A stretch of 64,000 nt of DNA. It comes from an uncultured Gammaproteobacteria bacterium. GTDB lineage: Bacteria > Patescibacteriota > Microgenomatia > UBA8517. Positions within the stretch are counted from its first letter, which is position 1. Each line of letters starts with the position of its first letter. A model generated the notes under the pieces. It did not search any database. It was not told the origin of the DNA and worked only from the letters and a program-made list of their open reading frames with translations. Shown piece after piece: positions 40,874 to 50,283 of the stretch. The DNA is taken from contig CAZWNZ010000001.1 in assembly GCA_964635715.1 (NCBI GenBank), positions 248,122 to 312,121 of the forward strand, given 5' to 3'. Position numbers and translations under genes: made by a program.

Positions 40874-43780
40874 ATGAAAAAATACTGCTCAAATCTCCTT
40901 TACCCATTATTAATTATTTTTTTGGTAGGCTTCTTGGCTTTCAAAAATTATGTTCCCGGTACTTTTCTTTCCGGTTGGGACACACTCCATCCTGAGTTCA
41001 ATTTTCATCTTTATTTAAATAGAATTTTATCCGGTGTTTGGCAGGAACACCAAGGGGTAGGGGCCGTTGCCGCCCAATCCCACGCAGCAGAACTTACAAG
41101 AATAACTTTCCCTTATTTTTTATCTTTAGTTTTGCCTATTAATTTAGTTAGATACGCTTTTATATTTTTGACTTTAGCTATTGGGGGGATAGGACTTTAC
41201 TATCATGCAAAATATATACTTTCAATTTCTTTGGAAAAATCCGTAAAACCGGCGGCTTTTTTAGCCTCAATTTTCTATATTTTAAACCTCGCGACAATTC
41301 AGCAATATTATGACCCATTAGAAATGTTTACGGTTCATTTTGCTACACTTCCGTGGCTATTTTTCCTCGCAATTAAATATCTTCGCGAAGGTAAAAAGAA
41401 AAATATAATTTGGTTTTCAGTTGTTACGATTCTTTCATCATCCATTTCTCACACAGCAACACTTTTTTATGTTTATTTCGGTTTGTTTTCCTTATATGTT
41501 TTAACGGTTGCTCTTTTGACAAAAAGTAAAGGCAGATTTAAGAGAGGAGGATTTTTGGTTGGATTAACTCTAATATTAAACCTCTTTTGGTTGGGACCAA
41601 ATGTCTATTATGTTACAAAAGAGTCTCAGACAGTTAGCAATTCGCAGATTAGTAAAACCTTTTTGACAGAGGCGTTCCTGCAAAGTCGCGCTTTTGGAGA
41701 TTCCCAAAATCTGGCTCTTTTAAAGAACTTTCCATTTAACTGGCGGGAGTTTGATTTTTCAGAAAATGCTTTTGTCGATCAAATGGCTCCTTGGATCTCT
41801 CATTTGGGAAAACCTTATATAAAGGAGATTGGCTATGTTTTTATGGGTTTGTCGCTTTTGGGAATTGTTGTGGCCCTTTTTCGAAAACAAAAATATGCCC
41901 TTTCATTTTTGCCAATTTTGGCCGTTTGTGTGATTTTCTGGATTAATGAAAATCCTCCATTTACGGTAGTTTTTGCATATTTGAGGCAAAATATTCCTCT
42001 TTTTGCAGAAGCGCTGAGATTTCCATTTACTAAATTTTCAATACTACTCATCACCTGTTTATCTGTTTTTCTAGCATTTTCTTCTCATTTTGTTTTAAGA
42101 ATTTTTGCCAAAATCAAGTTGCAATTTCTAGTTGTTCCGGCAATTTTGGCTTGTTTTATCTATTACACACTACCTGCCTTTAATGGATATTTTATTGATC
42201 CGGCCATGAAGGTTGATATTCCAAATGAATATTTCCAGGTTTTTTCTTGGTTTGAGAAGCAGGATTCTAATGCTCGTGTGGCAAAGTTTCCCATTCAGTC
42301 TTTTTGGAACTGGGTTTATTATTCGTGGGGTTATCAAGGTGCGGGCTTCACTTGGTTTGGAATTCCCCAAGCAACAATGGATCGTGAGTTTGACCGCTGG
42401 GGTCTTTACAATGAGGACTTTTATTATCAGGCTTCAAACGCTCTTTATTCGGGTAATAGCCAGGCACTCTATAACGTTTTTGACAAATATCAAATTAAAT
42501 ATTTTCTTCTTGATGAGTCTGTGATTAATGCGGGAGGGAATTCCAAAATCCTCTACACAGAAGAGCTGAAAAAAATGATCGCTGAATATCCCGATTCCAT
42601 TCATGAAGTAGCAAAATTTAACTTTTTAACGGTTTATGAAACTAAATTTGGTGATTATGACAAATATGTTTGGGCTCCAAGTGAATACAAAGAAATTAAT
42701 ACGGACATGACATATGCAAAAGTAGATCCCTTGTATGCAACTTATGGGGATTATATAGAGGATGGAAATATTAGTTTTCCATTTGTAAATATGGATAAAA
42801 GGGGAGATATAAAGATTTTTGTTGTTGAATCTAACCCTGCAACAAGCTCAGCTAAGCTAACAATTGAAAATATAGAAACAAATGATAAAGTAGATCTAAA
42901 TATATCAAATACTATTAAAACGAGCCTGGAGAGTGGCAACGGTTTTGAAACGGCACATAACTGCGATATTAAAGGAATCGGAAGTGTCTATAGGGACTAT
43001 GTAACAGATGGGGTATTGTATAGGGCGGAGGATGGCGGAGTTTCCTGTGATTATGCAAATTATCCGGATTTGAAGTATTCCCAGGCATATATCCTTCATA
43101 TAGTTGGAGAAAATAAAGAAGGTCGGAGTTTAAAAATTTATCTAATTAATTACCAGACTGAAAGAGCAGATCTAGAAGAACTGCTGCCGGAAGGTAAGTT
43201 TGATGAAACATATTTTATTTATCCGTCTGTTTTGGATGGGTCGGGATACACTCTTGATTTTGAGACGCGTTCCTATGGGAAAATTGCTTCGGAGAATCTC
43301 ATTTCTACAGTTGAATTTTATCCTGTTGATTATGCTTACCTGGCGAACTATAAAACCAGTGGCTCAAAGATAATACTTGAGGAAAGTGTTTCTAATGAGA
43401 TTGGTCGGATTCAAAATAACCTCCAAATTAAATCGGTTAAAAAATACGTGACGTGGGGGTACTCGGTTGAGACCGAAGGAGCAGGTCTCATGGCCCTAGG
43501 GCAAGGCTACGAGCGCGGTTGGATCGCAGTCGGAGTTCAAGGTTCTAAATTCAAGGTTCTGGATCACAAAATGGTCAACAGTTGGGCAAACGGATGGATA
43601 GTAGACAATAATCAAAGTTGGTCAAAGTTAGTCGGAGTTGGTACTAACGGCAAAGCCGACCAATTACAACCAGTTTCAACTATTTACTTGTTTTTCTGGC
43701 CCCAGGCCCTGGAGTGGGGAGGAATGGCGGCAGGGGTGATTACACTAATATTTATTTTGGTTAAAAATAGTCGAAGTTAG
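40874..43780 (+). CDS. large polytopic membrane protein (GT-C/YfhO/arabinofuranosyltransferase-like) with an extracytoplasmic C-terminal domain
   Basis: About 14 TM helices in the first 480 aa, then a ~480-aa soluble domain and a C-terminal TM; the last 60 codons and the stop codon come from MITE-like repeats. Confidence 0.4.
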   Translation: MKKYCSNLLYPLLIIFLVGFLAFKNYVPGTFLSGWDTLHPEFNFHLYLNRILSGVWQEHQGVGAVAAQSHAAELTRITFPYFLSLVLPINLVRYAFIFLTLAIGGIGLYYHAKYILSISLEKSVKPAAFLASIFYILNLATIQQYYDPLEMFTVHFATLPWLFFLAIKYLREGKKKNIIWFSVVTILSSSISHTATLFYVYFGLFSLYVLTVALLTKSKGRFKRGGFLVGLTLILNLFWLGPNVYYVTKESQTVSNSQISKTFLTEAFLQSRAFGDSQNLALLKNFPFNWREFDFSENAFVDQMAPWISHLGKPYIKEIGYVFMGLSLLGIVVALFRKQKYALSFLPILAVCVIFWINENPPFTVVFAYLRQNIPLFAEALRFPFTKFSILLITCLSVFLAFSSHFVLRIFAKIKLQFLVVPAILACFIYYTLPAFNGYFIDPAMKVDIPNEYFQVFSWFEKQDSNARVAKFPIQSFWNWVYYSWGYQGAGFTWFGIPQATMDREFDRWGLYNEDFYYQASNALYSGNSQALYNVFDKYQIKYFLLDESVINAGGNSKILYTEELKKMIAEYPDSIHEVAKFNFLTVYETKFGDYDKYVWAPSEYKEINTDMTYAKVDPLYATYGDYIEDGNISFPFVNMDKRGDIKIFVVESNPATSSAKLTIENIETNDKVDLNISNTIKTSLESGNGFETAHNCDIKGIGSVYRDYVTDGVLYRAEDGGVSCDYANYPDLKYSQAYILHIVGENKEGRSLKIYLINYQTERADLEELLPEGKFDETYFIYPSVLDGSGYTLDFETRSYGKIASENLISTVEFYPVDYAYLANYKTSGSKIILEESVSNEIGRIQNNLQIKSVKKYVTWGYSVETEGAGLMALGQGYERGWIAVGVQGSKFKVLDHKMVNSWANGWIVDNNQSWSKLVGVGTNGKADQLQPVSTIYLFFWPQALEWGGMAAGVITLIFILVKNSRS

Positions 43781-43803
43781 TCAAAGTTGGTTGGAACTGG
43801 ATT

Positions 43804-44142
43804 ATGGAAAAACTTAGAATCTATCAAACAGCTTTGGATTTAGTTTTGGAAATCTATAAGCTCATACAGCAAGATTCAAAACTTGCTAGAGATTGGTCGC
43901 TTTGCGATCAAATAAAGAGAGCATCTATTTCTGTGGTTGCCAATATCGCTGAAGGATATCTAAGATCCAAAAAACAATTCAAAAATTACTTACAAATAGC
44001 CTCAGGTTCAGCTAATGAAGTTGTAGCTCACTTGCAAGTGATAACAAAAGTTTATGGAAATAATACCGATAAATTACAAGAATCATACAAAGTTCTTGCA
44101 CGTCAAATAGGTGCATTCTCCAAGACTCTCGGCCAGAGCTAG
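43804..44142 (+). CDS. four-helix-bundle protein (TIGR02436, '23S rRNA intervening sequence protein')
   Basis: VANIAEGYLRSKKQFKNYLQIASGSANEV signature; flanked by repeat copies at 43768-43800 and 44138-44215. Confidence 0.8.
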   Translation: MEKLRIYQTALDLVLEIYKLIQQDSKLARDWSLCDQIKRASISVVANIAEGYLRSKKQFKNYLQIASGSANEVVAHLQVITKVYGNNTDKLQESYKVLARQIGAFSKTLGQS

Positions 44143-44215
44143 TCAGGAGTTAGTCAGAGTTGGTTTGCAGACTAACCGCAATAGCGGACCAACTTGACTA
44201 ATTATAACTAACTAT
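44138..44215 (+). repeat. MITE-like repeat copy that also supplies the stop codon of the upstream gene
   Basis: agctagtcaggagttagtcagagttgg...actaaccgcaatagcggaccaacttgactaattataac. Confidence 0.55.
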
Positions 44216-44389
44216 TGACCCAATACCCCATAATTCTTGACTTTTAGCCTCAAAAATGATAGTATGTCAACCTTAGGTGAATATTTGCTCTTTAAAATTT
44301 TTCCTCAGAAACACACCCTAAATTCATTTTAGAGGTGTTCGAACAATCTAAAAGAATTCAATTTTTGAAACACTGCATGGAGGTGCAGA

Positions 44390-45115
44390 ATGACAACCTC
44401 AAAAATAATTCCGTTCTACGAAGTTCCAATTGAGCTACTTGTTGCAAAGCAAGAACAATTGGCAAATAATGGCCATCGCCCGTTTTATTCGCCGGATGGC
44501 CAAGTTGCAGGGTTTATTAGCCCGTTTTCCGCGACCCGGCATGTTGCCCAGGTGCAAGTCGATGATGACGGTAAAATCGTCGCTTTTGACTTTGATCAAA
44601 TGGAACGTACTGATGGTCGAATGAATGTTCATGATCCTTGGGGTCATGCAACACCCAACGCAATGGTAGTTGTTTTGGAACGAACCAATGATGGTACGCT
44701 TCTTGTTCACTCGGTAAAGGAAGTCCGTCCATTCATGTATGATCACCGATCGGGTGTCAAAGGCATGACTATCATTGGTGTAACTGGTAAATGGGCAAAA
44801 TCACTGGGTGCAAATCCGGCTGAAACAGCTCTCCAAGGACTGATGGCAGATTCCGGCATTGAAGTCGACGAAGGTTCTGTCGAACTTCTCGGGATTCATA
44901 ATCCCAATCGTGCCTGGGTTGAGACCTGCAACGAAGTCTTCGTGGCGATTTTTAAGCGCAAGATTGTGCCTGTAGCAGATGGTACTCACGATCAGGTCTT
45001 GCCTGATGGTGTTTATCCCCTCGCGGATTTTCCGCTTGGACCAGATGCTTTGGTCAACTCTGTTCTTTGGCTTACCGCCAAGCATTTTGGCTGCATTTCA
45101 TCCAAACCCTTGTAA
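44390..45115 (+). CDS. hypothetical protein
   Basis: 241-aa ORF. Confidence 0.35.
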   Translation: MTTSKIIPFYEVPIELLVAKQEQLANNGHRPFYSPDGQVAGFISPFSATRHVAQVQVDDDGKIVAFDFDQMERTDGRMNVHDPWGHATPNAMVVVLERTNDGTLLVHSVKEVRPFMYDHRSGVKGMTIIGVTGKWAKSLGANPAETALQGLMADSGIEVDEGSVELLGIHNPNRAWVETCNEVFVAIFKRKIVPVADGTHDQVLPDGVYPLADFPLGPDALVNSVLWLTAKHFGCISSKPL

Positions 45116-45299
45116 TTTTGTTCGAACACTTCTGGCGCCAGTACTCCGGAAATAAATTGCAGCTTGCTGCTTTTGAAATAAAGAGACATTGGTTGTCATG
45201 AAGGTTTGCTAGTGCGGTAGAGACATTAATCTAAAAATTAATAACAACTCTACCGCACAGCAATAAAAATAAAGTTTGTGATAAACTCTTCTTAAATCA

Positions 45300-45875
45300 A
45301 TGGACAAACTGGACAGCATCCATCAAGCACATGGTGAGTGGCCACAGGCAGTCAGTCTATCTGAAACTGGAATTTCTTCAAACGATTTATTTAATTCCGA
45401 CCTGACTCAAATTGCTCTTAATTTGGCCGAAAAGAATCCACGTAAGCGTGCCATTGTTCGTATTCATGAAAAACTTAGTGATGAAAATCATTTGATGATT
45501 AATGCAATTTTAGGTGAATCTTATGTTCAACCTCATAAACATGATGAATTAGAAAAAACTGAAATATTTCGGATTATTAAAGGAAAAGCCCTAGTTGTGT
45601 TTTTTGATGAGGAGGGAAGAGTTGAAGATAAAATTGAGATGGATAGTGATCCTGATGGAAGAAAAATTGTGACAGTACGGCCGGGGAAGTGGCACACAGT
45701 GATACCGATGAGTGATGAGACTGTTCTTTTGGAGGCCAAAAAACAGCCTGCCGGCGGCTATAATCCCGAAACAGATAAGGAAATGGCTCCTTGGGCACCA
45801 GATCAGAAAGATATCGAATTCGGACTTAAATACATAATGAAATTAAAGGGAGAGCTTGACATATCAAGAGAGTAG
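45300..45875 (+). CDS. cupin-fold metalloprotein, WbuC-like
   Basis: YVQPHKHDELEKTEIFRIIKGK...VRPGKWHTV...LLEAKKQP cupin motifs. Confidence 0.45.
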   Translation: MDKLDSIHQAHGEWPQAVSLSETGISSNDLFNSDLTQIALNLAEKNPRKRAIVRIHEKLSDENHLMINAILGESYVQPHKHDELEKTEIFRIIKGKALVVFFDEEGRVEDKIEMDSDPDGRKIVTVRPGKWHTVIPMSDETVLLEAKKQPAGGYNPETDKEMAPWAPDQKDIEFGLKYIMKLKGELDISRE

Positions 45876-45972
45876 GCTATACTAATACTTGTTATCTTCG
45901 AGTTCTGTCCGGATTTCGCAATTTTTATGTTTTTGCATAATTCATGATTCATAATTCCTAATTCTATTTTGT

Positions 45973-47349
45973 ATGCCAAGAAAAACTGTTAGTAAAATTC
46001 AAAGAGAAGAAAAAGCTGATATACAGTCTTTAGTTGGAACCCCGAGCACGACCGAGGGGATTTCAGCTGTGGCAGAAAATGTTGCAGACGCTGATAGTGG
46101 GGTAGCAATGGCTCCTGTTACAGAAAAACCTCTAGTCGAAAAGCCGCTCATAGTTGATGACAGAATGATTCCTGATGCAGGTCTTCCGACAGAGAGCGTC
46201 ACCGGAGTACTCGACATTGCCAATGAGGGAAGCGGACTTCTAAGACCTGTAAGTTTTGCCCCAAGTGATCGTGATATCTATATTTCAGCATCCCAAATCA
46301 GGAGATTTAGCCTTAGGGTTGGTGACACAATTACCGGACAAGCAAGACGTCCGAAGGAGAATGAAAGATATTGGGGACTTCTGAAAGTTGAAAAGGTGAA
46401 TGATGAGCTGGTTGAAAAAGTCGGTCAAAGGCCGGATTTTGACAGTATGACAGCCGTATACCCTGATGCACAAATTGTACTTTCGACCGATAAAGATACA
46501 TTAACTACCAGAATGATAGATTTAGTCGCTCCAATCGGTTTTGGACAGCGCGCATTAATCGTTTCTCCTCCCAAAGCGGGTAAAACTTGGCTTGTAAAAG
46601 ACATTATCAAAGGCATTGCTGGTAATTATCCTGAGGAAGGGAAACTAAAAGAAGTTAATGGAAAAGAAAGACCGGTTCACATAATGGCAGTCCTTATTGG
46701 TGAGCGCCCTGAGGAAGTAACTGATATTGTAAGGACAATGAAAGAAGTAACGGGAGGTTGCGGAGAAGTTGCCGCAAGCAATTTTGATGAAGCACCATCC
46801 GATCAGACAAGGGTAGGAGAATTGGCTCTTGAGAAAGCCCGACGCATGGTTGAAATGGGACATCATGTTGTAATAGTCCTGGACTCCATTACCAGAATGG
46901 CCAGGGCTTACAATTTAGCCCTTCCAACAAGCGGTCGCACTCTTTCGGGAGGTTTTGACCCGATGGCTCTTTTTCCGGCCAAGAAATTCTTTGGCGCTGC
47001 CAGGAACATTGAAAACGGGGGAAGTTTGACCATTATCGGAACATGCCTTGTTGATACGGGCTCCAGAATGGATGATCTTATTTATGAGGAGTTTAAAGGA
47101 ACTGGTAATATGGAGCTTCATCTCGATAGGAAATTGGCTGAAAGAAGGATATTCCCGGCAATAGATATTGCACGTTCTGGTACAAGACAGGATGAGCTTC
47201 TTTTCGGAATGGAGAAGTTAAGAAAAGTTAATACTTTGCGCCGTATGATTGACTTGATGAACGATGATGAAAAAACTCTTACTCTTACCGACAAGCTTTT
47301 GAAGTATGAAACCAACGACGAGTTTTTAGACTCCCTAAAAACTGCTTAA
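45973..47349 (+). CDS. rho: transcription termination factor Rho with an N-terminal low-complexity extension
   Basis: GQRALIVSPPKAGKT Walker A, GERPEEVTD, RMARAYN, FFGAARNIENGGSLTIIGT, FPAIDIARSGTR. Confidence 0.85.
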   Translation: MPRKTVSKIQREEKADIQSLVGTPSTTEGISAVAENVADADSGVAMAPVTEKPLVEKPLIVDDRMIPDAGLPTESVTGVLDIANEGSGLLRPVSFAPSDRDIYISASQIRRFSLRVGDTITGQARRPKENERYWGLLKVEKVNDELVEKVGQRPDFDSMTAVYPDAQIVLSTDKDTLTTRMIDLVAPIGFGQRALIVSPPKAGKTWLVKDIIKGIAGNYPEEGKLKEVNGKERPVHIMAVLIGERPEEVTDIVRTMKEVTGGCGEVAASNFDEAPSDQTRVGELALEKARRMVEMGHHVVIVLDSITRMARAYNLALPTSGRTLSGGFDPMALFPAKKFFGAARNIENGGSLTIIGTCLVDTGSRMDDLIYEEFKGTGNMELHLDRKLAERRIFPAIDIARSGTRQDELLFGMEKLRKVNTLRRMIDLMNDDEKTLTLTDKLLKYETNDEFLDSLKTA

Positions 47350-47400
47350 TTTCTTCAGAATGTGATTGACAAGTTAATTCAGGTGATCCATATTTAATTT

Positions 47401-48150
47401 ATGGATCCTACATTTACTCAAAAAATCCAAACTCCCGTATCTCAAGAGAGTTGTTGTTGTTCAAATTTTACCTTTAAGAAAGTTTTGGCAATTCTTGGAT
47501 TTGTTTTTGTGGTTTTAGTTTTATGGCAGTGGATCAGTTCTCCTATGGTGGTAACAGTTACAGGGACAGGGGAGGTTTCAGTTCCTGCGACGAGTGCCAC
47601 TGTGACCACCACAATTTCAGTAAATTCCGATTCAGCCCAAAATGCGATTAACGCAATTAAAGACAAGTCGAATTCTATTAAAACCGTACTTATGAACAAT
47701 GGAGTTGCCGAATCGGACATTTCAGAATCCCAAATTACTTCCTATCCTGCAGGATTAGTTACAACAGGTGCAACAGGTTATCAGGCAGCAATACAAGTGG
47801 ACGCAAAAACAGATCATGTCTCAACTATTGATGGTCTAATTGCCAATCTATACTCGGCTGGAGCCACATTAGTTTCCCAACCGGTTTTAAGTGTTGAGAA
47901 CCAAGGCGAACTGGAACAACAGGCATCGGATGCTGCAATCAAAGATGCAAAGACTCAAATTTCAAAAATTTCCTGGAAAAATTTAAGATTTATTAGGAGA
48001 AAGGTGGCTCTTTATGAAGATGAAGGTGAAACAACATCGACGACCACTTCAAAGGCTGACGTTGTGACAGGCTCTCAAAATCAACTGGCTGTTCAGAATG
48101 GGGTATTTAAGATAACTAAAACTGTATCCGTCTCCTACAAACTGTGGTAG
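47401..48150 (+). CDS. SIMPL/DUF541 (YggE-like) domain protein
   Basis: TM anchor, then VTGTGEVSVPATSATVTTTISV...; family resemblance. Confidence 0.5.
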   Translation: MDPTFTQKIQTPVSQESCCCSNFTFKKVLAILGFVFVVLVLWQWISSPMVVTVTGTGEVSVPATSATVTTTISVNSDSAQNAINAIKDKSNSIKTVLMNNGVAESDISESQITSYPAGLVTTGATGYQAAIQVDAKTDHVSTIDGLIANLYSAGATLVSQPVLSVENQGELEQQASDAAIKDAKTQISKISWKNLRFIRRKVALYEDEGETTSTTTSKADVVTGSQNQLAVQNGVFKITKTVSVSYKLW

Positions 48151-48204
48151 ACAATTGTAGTGGCGGTAATTGTTTCCATTTTTGCATTTTCCCCTTGACG
48201 ATTA

Positions 48205-50151
48205 TTATTTACGTATTGTAGTTGGCGTGTAGTTATAAAAAGCTGGGAATTCATTATAAGTTGTTGGAATAGAATAGACATTAAATAGGGACTGATTTTG
48301 GTTTATTTCCTGAATCATAGTTTGTTGAATTTGTGGAAGTTGTTCAAATTGGGTTAGTTTATAAGAAACTAGTGACTCTCCTGATTGTAAGGTTGCTGTA
48401 ACCCTATTTGCGCCATCAACAGTATATATCTTTCCTCCATATTGAGTTATTCTGATTGGATCCAAAGTTCCACCCTCTTGTAATATTTGCTTTAATTGTG
48501 GAACTGTTTGCATATTGTAACCTGGTTCATGAGGGCTTAATAAGTTGATATCGATTTGTCCAGTTGAATTTAGTGAAAAAGTTGTTTTCTTTGTTGCAGT
48601 ACCTATTAAATTGCTTGTAGAATTTGTTAGCTGGATCATTGCCATAGGATCTCCTTGAATAGCTGCAACATATGCAACACAGGCATCAGAATATGGATTA
48701 TTAATACATGAGGCTGTTCCGACACCGACCCCTGCATATCCAACTACAGCACCTGTTATGGCAGCAGCAGTTTGTACACTTGCAGGAAGCGTGGTAAGGT
48801 ATGCCGTTCCGTACGAGTACGCCAACAGACCCAACTCTCCTAACGCTGGGCCTGCCAAAGCGGTAAGTATTGCAGTATCTCCAATAGCAACCGCCGTATT
48901 TAGATTTGTTTGGGTTGTGTCTATTGTGACAATCGGGTTGGCCTTGCAGGTTTTGCTTGTGTCAAAAATACTTCCACCTAAAGTTTGGCTTCCTGAGTAA
49001 CAATTACCTGATTCACATTCATTGTCGCTGCCGCAAGTTAACCCATTTGCCTTGAGTTTTATTGATCCACAGCTACAAAATCCGGACAAGCACGTTCCCG
49101 TATTTCCCGGTACCTGACTTGCGCAATTGGAGGCACATGTGATTGTTTCACATACATTTTGAGTTGTTGTACATGGGTAACCAGACGAGTGTCCGCATGC
49201 CCCAACATAAATATTATTAACACAAAGACACCCTGCATTTACTATTGGCACAGAAGTTGGTACAGGAGTAGGTGTCGGGCTGGGTGTCATGATTTTGCAA
49301 TCACTATCACTGGCACAATATGATGTAGGGCAAGTTTGAGAATATGGAACTGTTGTAGAAGTTGCTACACATGATACTCCGGAACAATTTCTCACAGTAC
49401 AATTCCTACTCGACGGTGTGGGAGTGGGGGGTGTCGGCCTGCGACAATAACAGTAAGAAAATGATCCGGACGCTGTACAATCTTTCTTTTCAAGCCCCTC
49501 ACAACAGTCTCCCATACCACTTGCAATAACGGAACCTTCTCCTATGCATGTTGTACTATCATCATCGTTACCGCCAGTTATGGGTGGATCTGTTGGTTGG
49601 GGATCGGAATTGCAGTCGGAATTATCTTCACAGTCATTTAAGTATGGATCACAATGACTGCTTTTTTTAACACAACTTCCTGACGAACATGTGTTACAAG
49701 GCAGAATGTCGTTGTCGCTATCATCATCTTCACTGTCGTCATCTGATGAATCGTCATTGGGTGGATCTGCTCCGCAATCTTGGTTGTCTGCGCACTGAGA
49801 CGATGGACAAGAACTGCCCCTTGCAACATATACGGTAGTAGCTATGCAGGAAACTCCACTACATTTTTTAATTGAGCAAGGTGTGGTGGAAGGGGACGCA
49901 CTGGGACTTGGAATTTCAACACACACTTTACAACCTCCGGATGTGGCACATCTGTATCCGGTGCCACAATCAGAATTAACCTCACATTCATTATCCAGAC
50001 AAATTGCTTTCTCTGCAAAATTTAGGCTGATATTTCTGTTGTTGGCAACGACCGTACCAACAATAGCAGTAATCAAAAGAAATCCAATGCCAATCAAACT
50101 CAAAGGATCAATAAATCCTCTTGAATATTTTGATTCATTTTTATCAGGCAT
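48205..50151 (-). CDS. signal-anchored Cys-rich surface protein with an acidic poly-Asp/Ser linker
   Basis: N-terminal TM; repeated CxxC/CxC modules; DDSSDDDSEDDDSDND tract; PTPTP linkers; ~230-aa C-terminal Cys-free domain. Confidence 0.5.
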   Translation of the reverse strand: MPDKNESKYSRGFIDPLSLIGIGFLLITAIVGTVVANNRNISLNFAEKAICLDNECEVNSDCGTGYRCATSGGCKVCVEIPSPSASPSTTPCSIKKCSGVSCIATTVYVARGSSCPSSQCADNQDCGADPPNDDSSDDDSEDDDSDNDILPCNTCSSGSCVKKSSHCDPYLNDCEDNSDCNSDPQPTDPPITGGNDDDSTTCIGEGSVIASGMGDCCEGLEKKDCTASGSFSYCYCRRPTPPTPTPSSRNCTVRNCSGVSCVATSTTVPYSQTCPTSYCASDSDCKIMTPSPTPTPVPTSVPIVNAGCLCVNNIYVGACGHSSGYPCTTTQNVCETITCASNCASQVPGNTGTCLSGFCSCGSIKLKANGLTCGSDNECESGNCYSGSQTLGGSIFDTSKTCKANPIVTIDTTQTNLNTAVAIGDTAILTALAGPALGELGLLAYSYGTAYLTTLPASVQTAAAITGAVVGYAGVGVGTASCINNPYSDACVAYVAAIQGDPMAMIQLTNSTSNLIGTATKKTTFSLNSTGQIDINLLSPHEPGYNMQTVPQLKQILQEGGTLDPIRITQYGGKIYTVDGANRVTATLQSGESLVSYKLTQFEQLPQIQQTMIQEINQNQSLFNVYSIPTTYNEFPAFYNYTPTTIRK

Positions 50152-50283
50152 AATTTATTATGTCTTATTGATTGGAATATTCAAGAAGATTCAAATGGGT
50201 ACATTTTTTGAACCCCGCTTAAGTTTGCTTCACTCATTTTCATAATGTATTATCAAGACTCTGTACAAAGTACTTTGTCTTAG

